In this document: positions 58,845 through 64,000 of the stretch, piece after piece
How positions within the stretch are numbered: the stretch's first letter is position 1
Layout: each line of letters opens with the position of its first letter
Source of the DNA: an uncultured Acidobacteriota bacterium
GTDB taxonomy: Bacteria > Acidobacteriota > Thermoanaerobaculia > Gp7-AA8
Direction: 5' to 3'
NCBI GenBank assembly: GCA_963822445.1
Contig: CAWGHO010000002.1
Location: 2,336,001 to 2,400,000, forward strand
Length of the DNA: 64,000 nt
Made by a program: the position numbers and the translations under genes
The notes under the pieces: model-generated
Databases searched by the model: none
Told to the model about the DNA's origin: nothing
The model's input: the letters and a program-made list of their open reading frames with translations, nothing else

Positions 58845-60262
58845 GCTCGACCAGTGTCTCGGTCGTCGTGCCGCAGCGCGGAACGGGCTTCGATCCCGCT
58901 CCGATCGAGCGGTATCTCGAGACCACCGGCCTCACGTTCGAGATCGTCGGCCGCGTCAGCGACGCCAGAGGCGCGGTCATCGTGGTCGTGGACGAGGGCA
59001 TGCCCTACCCGGTCAGCGCGATCGGCGACGCCGTGGCCATGATCGAATCGGGGCTGACCGACATCGTCCTCGGCACCACGACCGAGTTCACCGAGTCCCG
59101 CTTCCTGCGCTGGCTGCTCGTGCCGATCCTTCCCGATCCGCGCTTGAAGCTGAAAGCCTTCTCGAACGTCGCCGGAAAGCTGATCCACAGCGAATCACGC
59201 GTCCACGACGAAGCAGGCCTGGAGATCGCCTTTCTCGCGAACAAGTACGGCTTTCGCGTCGAGCGACTGGTCGTGCACACGAGCCGAAATCCGCGACGTT
59301 TATCCGGAGGCATCGGCGCGGCGGTGTCGATCCGCCTCGCCAATCGCCGCAACGCGTATCGGCCGGCGCGCCGCTGTCCGGTTTGTTTCTCATCCGAGGT
59401 GTGGAGTTGCGCGCAGATTCCGGGCAACGTCGTTCGCGCCTGCCGGCGCTGCAAGTGCCGCTATCTGAATCAATTTGCCGACGATGAAGGCACGGTGCCG
59501 GTTCGGCGCGTGCTGCGGTCGCATGACGCACCGGCGACGCCGACCTACGAGTCGCATTCACCTCCCGCGCGCGAGCGAACGAGTCTCCGACGCTTTCGAT
59601 GGGTGAGCCGCCAGCTTCCGTCGCGCGCGCGGCTGCTCGAGGTCGGCGTCCGCGACGGGAGTTTCGGATTCCTTGCCGCGGCGGACTACGAATACGTCGG
59701 CATCGATCCCGCGCCGGCGGCAGCTCGTCACGCGCGTGCGCGCGGCCTCGAGGTGTACTGCGCGTCGCTGTCGGCGTTCGTGAACACCGGGCCTTCCTTC
59801 GACGGAATCACGCTCTTTCACGTATTCGAGAACATGCCCGACCCGCACGACACCCTCGGCCGCATCAAAGACCTGCTGAAGCCCGGCGGGATGTTGTTTC
59901 TCTCGACGTTCGATACCGAGGGGTTGATTTATCTCGCGTCCGAGCGGAAGCGGATGGCGCAGAACTTCCGCACGCATCTCATCCTGTACTCGCGCTCCGC
60001 GCTCATCGAGCTGCTCGAGCACTCCGGATTCGAGATCGCCGACATCGGTCCCGACTTCGAATATCGCGACCACAAGTTCCTGCGTCACTGGCTGGCGTCG
60101 CACCATCCGCTCGTCGCGCCGGCCGCCCGCGCGGCGTTGCAGGTGCTTCCCGATCCGCTGATCGTGAGCTCGGGCTCGATCCGCATCGTCGCCAAGCGCC
60201 GCGGCGGGAGATCGCCGTCGGTGCGCGCGATCCGGTCGGTGGAAGCGACGCATGCCCGCTGA
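58841..60262 (+). CDS. Class I SAM methyltransferase with zinc ribbon and degenerate GT2-like N-terminus
   Basis: CPVC..CRRC; LLEVGVRDG, FDGITLFHVFENMPDP, LLKPGG. Confidence 0.75.
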   Translation: MSSTSVSVVVPQRGTGFDPAPIERYLETTGLTFEIVGRVSDARGAVIVVVDEGMPYPVSAIGDAVAMIESGLTDIVLGTTTEFTESRFLRWLLVPILPDPRLKLKAFSNVAGKLIHSESRVHDEAGLEIAFLANKYGFRVERLVVHTSRNPRRLSGGIGAAVSIRLANRRNAYRPARRCPVCFSSEVWSCAQIPGNVVRACRRCKCRYLNQFADDEGTVPVRRVLRSHDAPATPTYESHSPPARERTSLRRFRWVSRQLPSRARLLEVGVRDGSFGFLAAADYEYVGIDPAPAAARHARARGLEVYCASLSAFVNTGPSFDGITLFHVFENMPDPHDTLGRIKDLLKPGGMLFLSTFDTEGLIYLASERKRMAQNFRTHLILYSRSALIELLEHSGFEIADIGPDFEYRDHKFLRHWLASHHPLVAPAARAALQVLPDPLIVSSGSIRIVAKRRGGRSPSVRAIRSVEATHAR

Positions 60263-61253
60263 CCCGCGCTTCATCACGCGCGCGTACCGCCCTGATAGCG
60301 ACACGTCGGACGAGCAGGCGATTCTCGATCTCTTCAATCGATCCTTCCCGCATTCGCCGCGCAGCGCGGAGCACTTTCGATGGAAGTACCGCGACAACCC
60401 GTTCGGCAGCGGCCGGATCAGCCTGACCTTCGACGGCGACGGCCGACTGGTCGGCCATTACGCCGGCTACTCCGTTCCCTTCCGTTACGACAACCGGGAT
60501 GTGATCGCCCACCAGATCGGCGATACGATGACCGATCCCGCCATCCGCCACATCGGCCGCGGCCCGACGAGCATCCTCGGCCGCACCGCACTGCATTTCT
60601 ACGAGAACTTCTGCGAAGGACAGGTGGCGTTCAACTACGGCTTCAACGTCGCGAACATTCAGAAGTTCTCGCTCCGCTTCCTGCGCAGCGATCGCGTCGA
60701 GCCGGTCGGATATCGCGTTCGCGCACCGCTTCCGCCGATCTCGCGACTGGAGCGATGGAGCCGGGGGTATCAGTTCGAGGTCGTGAAAGAGACCACGGCG
60801 GAATGGGACGATCTCTTCGCGCGAGCGAGCGGCTCGTATCGATTTCTCGTTCGCCGCGACGCGGCATACGTGCGCTGGCGTTATCTCCAGTGCCCTGACG
60901 TTCCGTACTTCGTCGTAGCCGTGCGCAAATGGCGACGCCTGATCGGCTGGATCGCGTTCCGGATCGAGGCGAATCGGTTCGTCTGGGGCGACGCACTCTT
61001 TCATCCCGCGTTTCCGGACGCCATCGACGTCACGTTGCGGCACGTCGTTCCTTCGCATCCCGTCGATTCGATCGAAGCGTGGTTCCCTCCGCGCCCGCAT
61101 TGGCTCGATGCAACCCTGCACGAGCTTGGCTTCGAGACGCGCCAGCAGCCGCAGGACCTCTCGGTGATGTGCGTGCCGTTCCTGTGGCCGGACGCGCTCG
61201 CGCGGATGCGTGATTCGCTGTATTACGCGTGGGGAGACAGCGACCTGTTCTGA
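60252..61253 (+). CDS. GNAT family acyltransferase
   Basis: RAYRP, FRWKYRDNP, LVGHYA, DTMTDP, YGF, YVRWRY. Confidence 0.75.
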   Translation: MPADPRFITRAYRPDSDTSDEQAILDLFNRSFPHSPRSAEHFRWKYRDNPFGSGRISLTFDGDGRLVGHYAGYSVPFRYDNRDVIAHQIGDTMTDPAIRHIGRGPTSILGRTALHFYENFCEGQVAFNYGFNVANIQKFSLRFLRSDRVEPVGYRVRAPLPPISRLERWSRGYQFEVVKETTAEWDDLFARASGSYRFLVRRDAAYVRWRYLQCPDVPYFVVAVRKWRRLIGWIAFRIEANRFVWGDALFHPAFPDAIDVTLRHVVPSHPVDSIEAWFPPRPHWLDATLHELGFETRQQPQDLSVMCVPFLWPDALARMRDSLYYAWGDSDLF

Positions 61254-61268
61254 TGGCTCACCTCCTGC

Positions 61269-61706
61269 ATGCCGTTCTCAGCCGTCGATATGAGCGCAGC
61301 CGAACAACACACCGGAACCCGTGAGAAGCGCCTCGATGAGGTCGCGAAGAAACGGGTGCTGGTCATCGATGACGATCTGCCTCTCAGGGGCATGCTCGCG
61401 GCGGCGCTGCGGCAACATGGGTTTCAGGTTCTGCTGGCGGGCGACGGTGCCGAGGGTCAGCGTGCCCTGACCATTCACCGGCCGGACATCGTGCTGCTCG
61501 ACCTGGCCATGCCCGACGTCAACGGCTGGGACTTCCTCCAGCGTCTCCAGGAAACCGGCCACCTCGGCAAACTCCCCATCGTCGTGCTGTCCGCCCACGT
61601 GCACGTCGAGCCGGCCGCGCTTCTGCAGATGGGCGTCGCCGCGATCCTGCCGAAGCCGTTCAATCTCAACGAACTGATCGAGCTGATCGAGCATCTGGCG
61701 TCGTGA
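61269..61706 (+). CDS. Single-domain response regulator (alternative start 61290)
   Basis: VLVIDDD, LLDLAMPDVNG, VLSA, KPF. Confidence 0.9.
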   Translation: MPFSAVDMSAAEQHTGTREKRLDEVAKKRVLVIDDDLPLRGMLAAALRQHGFQVLLAGDGAEGQRALTIHRPDIVLLDLAMPDVNGWDFLQRLQETGHLGKLPIVVLSAHVHVEPAALLQMGVAAILPKPFNLNELIELIEHLAS

Positions 61707-62371
61707 CGCGGACGGAAGTCGCGAAGCGGATCTCGAACCTTTACGGCATTCGCTCGCTGCGCAGGTACGTATACTGGAAGGTGCGGACCGATCCCGCGTA
61801 TGACGCCGTGCGCGAGAAACTGCGCGGCCACGAGCATCAGCCACTGCTCGACCTGGGATGCGGCGTCGGCGCGCTCGCGTTCTTCCTGCGTGAGCATGGT
61901 GTCGACGTGCCGATCGCCGGCGTCGATTTCGATGAGCGAAAGATCGAAGCGGCTCGTGTTGCGGCGAAGCAGTATCAAGACATCGAGTTCATCGCTGCTG
62001 ACGCGCGGGATCCGCTTCCTCAGGATCACAACGTCGTGTTGCTGGACATGCTGCAGTACGTCGATTCCGGCGCGCGGCAGCAGATTCTCGAGAACGTCGC
62101 CAGAACCATCCCGCCGGGTGGAATCGCGATCCTGCGGCAGGGAATCCGCGATGACTCGTGGCGGCACAAAGTCACGACCGTGGTCGACGCGTTCGCGCGT
62201 CTCGCTCGGTGGATGCAGGCGGAGCGGCTGAACTTTCCGACGATGGAGGAAGTATCGCGGCCATTCGCGAGCGCATTCGACGCGGAGATCACGCCGTTGT
62301 GGGGACGGACGCCCTTCAACAACTACCTGTTCGTCTTCATGCGGCGCGAAGCTGCGCGTCCGCGGGGATGA
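61703..62371 (+). CDS. Class I SAM methyltransferase
   Basis: LLDLGCGVG, GVDFD, LLDMLQY, LWGRTPFNN. Confidence 0.85.
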   Translation: MTRTEVAKRISNLYGIRSLRRYVYWKVRTDPAYDAVREKLRGHEHQPLLDLGCGVGALAFFLREHGVDVPIAGVDFDERKIEAARVAAKQYQDIEFIAADARDPLPQDHNVVLLDMLQYVDSGARQQILENVARTIPPGGIAILRQGIRDDSWRHKVTTVVDAFARLARWMQAERLNFPTMEEVSRPFASAFDAEITPLWGRTPFNNYLFVFMRREAARPRG

Positions 62372-63096
62372 CCAGCTCGTAGCCGCGCTCGCGCAGCGCG
62401 ACGATGACCCGCTCGAGCACGCGCAGTGAATGCTCGCGGCCCTGATGCAGGACGATGATCGCGCCCGGGCGAAGCTCGGTGAGGATGCGCGAGGCCACGT
62501 GTTCCGGATCGCTGACCACCGCGTCGAAGCCGCGCGCCGTCCAGCCGATCAACCGCATGCCGCGTCGCGCGAGTGCGGGATGGACTGCCGGGTTCTTCAT
62601 CCCCACCGGAGCGCGAAACCAGGTCGGTGCGTTTCCGGTCGCGGCCCGCAGCGCGCGATTGCAGTCGTCGACCTCCGCCGCCACCCGTCCGGGCAGCGCG
62701 CACCAGAAGCTTCCCGCGGGGTGGGTGTGGGTGTGATTGGCGACGGAGTGACCTCTCGCGACGATCTCACGAATCGTTTCGGGATCCCGCTCGGCGAGAA
62801 CGCCTTTCACGAAGAACGTCGCCTTCACCGCGTGCGCTTCGAAGAGATCGAGCACGGCCCGCGTGTCTTCCGTCGGCCCATCGTCGACGGTCAGCCACGC
62901 CTGTTTTTCATCGGTCTCGAAATGGGTCACGACCGGCCCGAGCCACTGCACGTTCGGCCGCAGCGTCGGATAGATGATCAAAGCGTGCGAAAGCGCGAGG
63001 ACGGCGATTGCCGCGACCGGCGAGACCGGCCAGAGCAGGATCAACGCGATCGGCGCGATCACCGCGAAAGCCAGGATCAGCTTCCGGATAGAACAC
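62337..63096 (-). CDS. Polysaccharide deacetylase (CE4/NodB) with N-terminal TM helices; start uncertain, possible indel near 63092
   Basis: LTVDDGP, ATFFV, NHTHTH, FRAPVG, IIVLH. Confidence 0.85.
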
Positions 63097-63598
63097 CTCG
63101 TTCCAGTCGCGCGATCGGGTCGCGCAGCGCGAAGAGGATCACCGCCGCGATTCCGTTCAGCGCGACGAGCGCCAGAAACTGCCACGCCGCGAAGCGCGCC
63201 CACGACGAATGCCGTGCGAAGTAGATCGCCAGCGCCACGAACGCGGACATCAGCATGAAGGAATTCAGGCGCCGGTTGCCGAGCGTGAGCGCTCCGATGC
63301 TCAGCAGCGGAGCGTGAATGGCAATCGGCGACAGTAGAAACGCAACAGGAAGCGCAACCGGCAGCGGCCAGCGCGAGAACACCGTCGCCGCGAGATAGCA
63401 CGTCACGGTCAGCGCGATCCAGAGCGACACACCGTGATGTTCCACGGCGGTCTGATCCCGATCGACGATCATCACCAGCCCGTCGCGCGGCTCGGGGGGC
63501 GCGTTCTGCAAACGCAGAAACGCGTACAGCCGGAAAAGCGCGAAGCGATGCCGCGACGGCAGCCACCGCGCATCGGCGCGTCCTCTGACGACGTTCAT
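63077..63598 (-). CDS. Hypothetical membrane protein
   Basis: Four hydrophobic segments; ATGA overlap with the upstream gene. Confidence 0.65.
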   Translation of the reverse strand: MNVVRGRADARWLPSRHRFALFRLYAFLRLQNAPPEPRDGLVMIVDRDQTAVEHHGVSLWIALTVTCYLAATVFSRWPLPVALPVAFLLSPIAIHAPLLSIGALTLGNRRLNSFMLMSAFVALAIYFARHSSWARFAAWQFLALVALNGIAAVILFALRDPIARLERGVLSGS

Positions 63599-63999
63599 GC
63601 GGCGACATCCTCGAAGTAGGGCTCGAACGCGAACCACTGGAACCAGGCCGTCCCCAGCACGCCCTCGAGCTCTCGCGTCCACTGCGCGGCCGCGCTCGAG
63701 AAAGCTTCACCGCGGTCGGCCGTGCGAACGACCTCGATCGGCGCGCCGGTCAGCAGTCGATAGCGGCGCCGGCCGAGGCGGAAGATGAAGAGCGGGTAGA
63801 TCGGAACGCGTGCCGACATCGCCAGTGCAAAAGGTCCCGCCGGAACGTACGTGCGCTTGCCGAAAAGCGTCGCCGGAATCGGCGTGATGCCCGGCGTCAC
63901 ACGATCGCCTTGAATGGCCACGATCTGCCCGTCGCGCAAGGCGTCGAGGAGATCGAGCGCGAGATCGCTCGCCCGGCTGTTGAAATCGATCTTCAAGCC
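63595..63999 (-). CDS. LpxL-like lysophospholipid acyltransferase family protein (5' end outside window)
   Basis: IVAIQGDR, LFGKRTYVPAGPFALA..VPIYP, QWF. Confidence 0.8.
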   Translation of the reverse strand, partial: GLKIDFNSRASDLALDLLDALRDGQIVAIQGDRVTPGITPIPATLFGKRTYVPAGPFALAMSARVPIYPLFIFRLGRRRYRLLTGAPIEVVRTADRGEAFSSAAAQWTRELEGVLGTAWFQWFAFEPYFEDVAA

Positions 64000-64000
64000 G

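Overview
GC-rich bacterial chromosomal window, densely coding. I found no rRNA, tRNA, CRISPR array, integrase or transposase. Gene content (BlaI/M56-TPR pair, TPR-tailed Ser/Thr kinases, split atp operon with a leader-bearing c subunit, large PKD surface protein) suggests Acidobacteriota, probably Thermoanaerobaculia (inference). Several conserved genes (M28 peptidase, flavin disulfide reductase, hppA, nuoB, nuoD, nuoH) carry single-base frameshifts, almost all +1 insertions, which I read as sequencing/assembly errors. Main blocks: (1) 1-29.9 kb mixed signalling, envelope and housekeeping genes, including a putative redox operon (disulfide reductase-YdjY-SodC), a K+-independent membrane pyrophosphatase and an 18-Cys secreted protein paired with a DsbA-like oxidoreductase. 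(2) 30-44.1 kb: a MidA/NDUFAF7 methyltransferase, then an 11-subunit complex I-like operon (nuoABCDHIJKLMN, no nuoEFG) whose NuoB carries an extra tethered C-terminal RnfB/AcsC-type Fe-S domain, running directly into atpZ-atpI-atpB-atpE. This is the best candidate for an undescribed system. (3) 44.5-62.4 kb: an HTH/TPR regulator operon divergent from a putative surface-layer/glycosylation locus, in which wzm and wzt bracket three secreted proteins. (4) The edge of an acyltransferase/deacetylase cluster. Intergenic inverted 7/8-mer arrays and REP-like palindromes are frequent, and some lie inside coding sequence. Many genes look leaderless.
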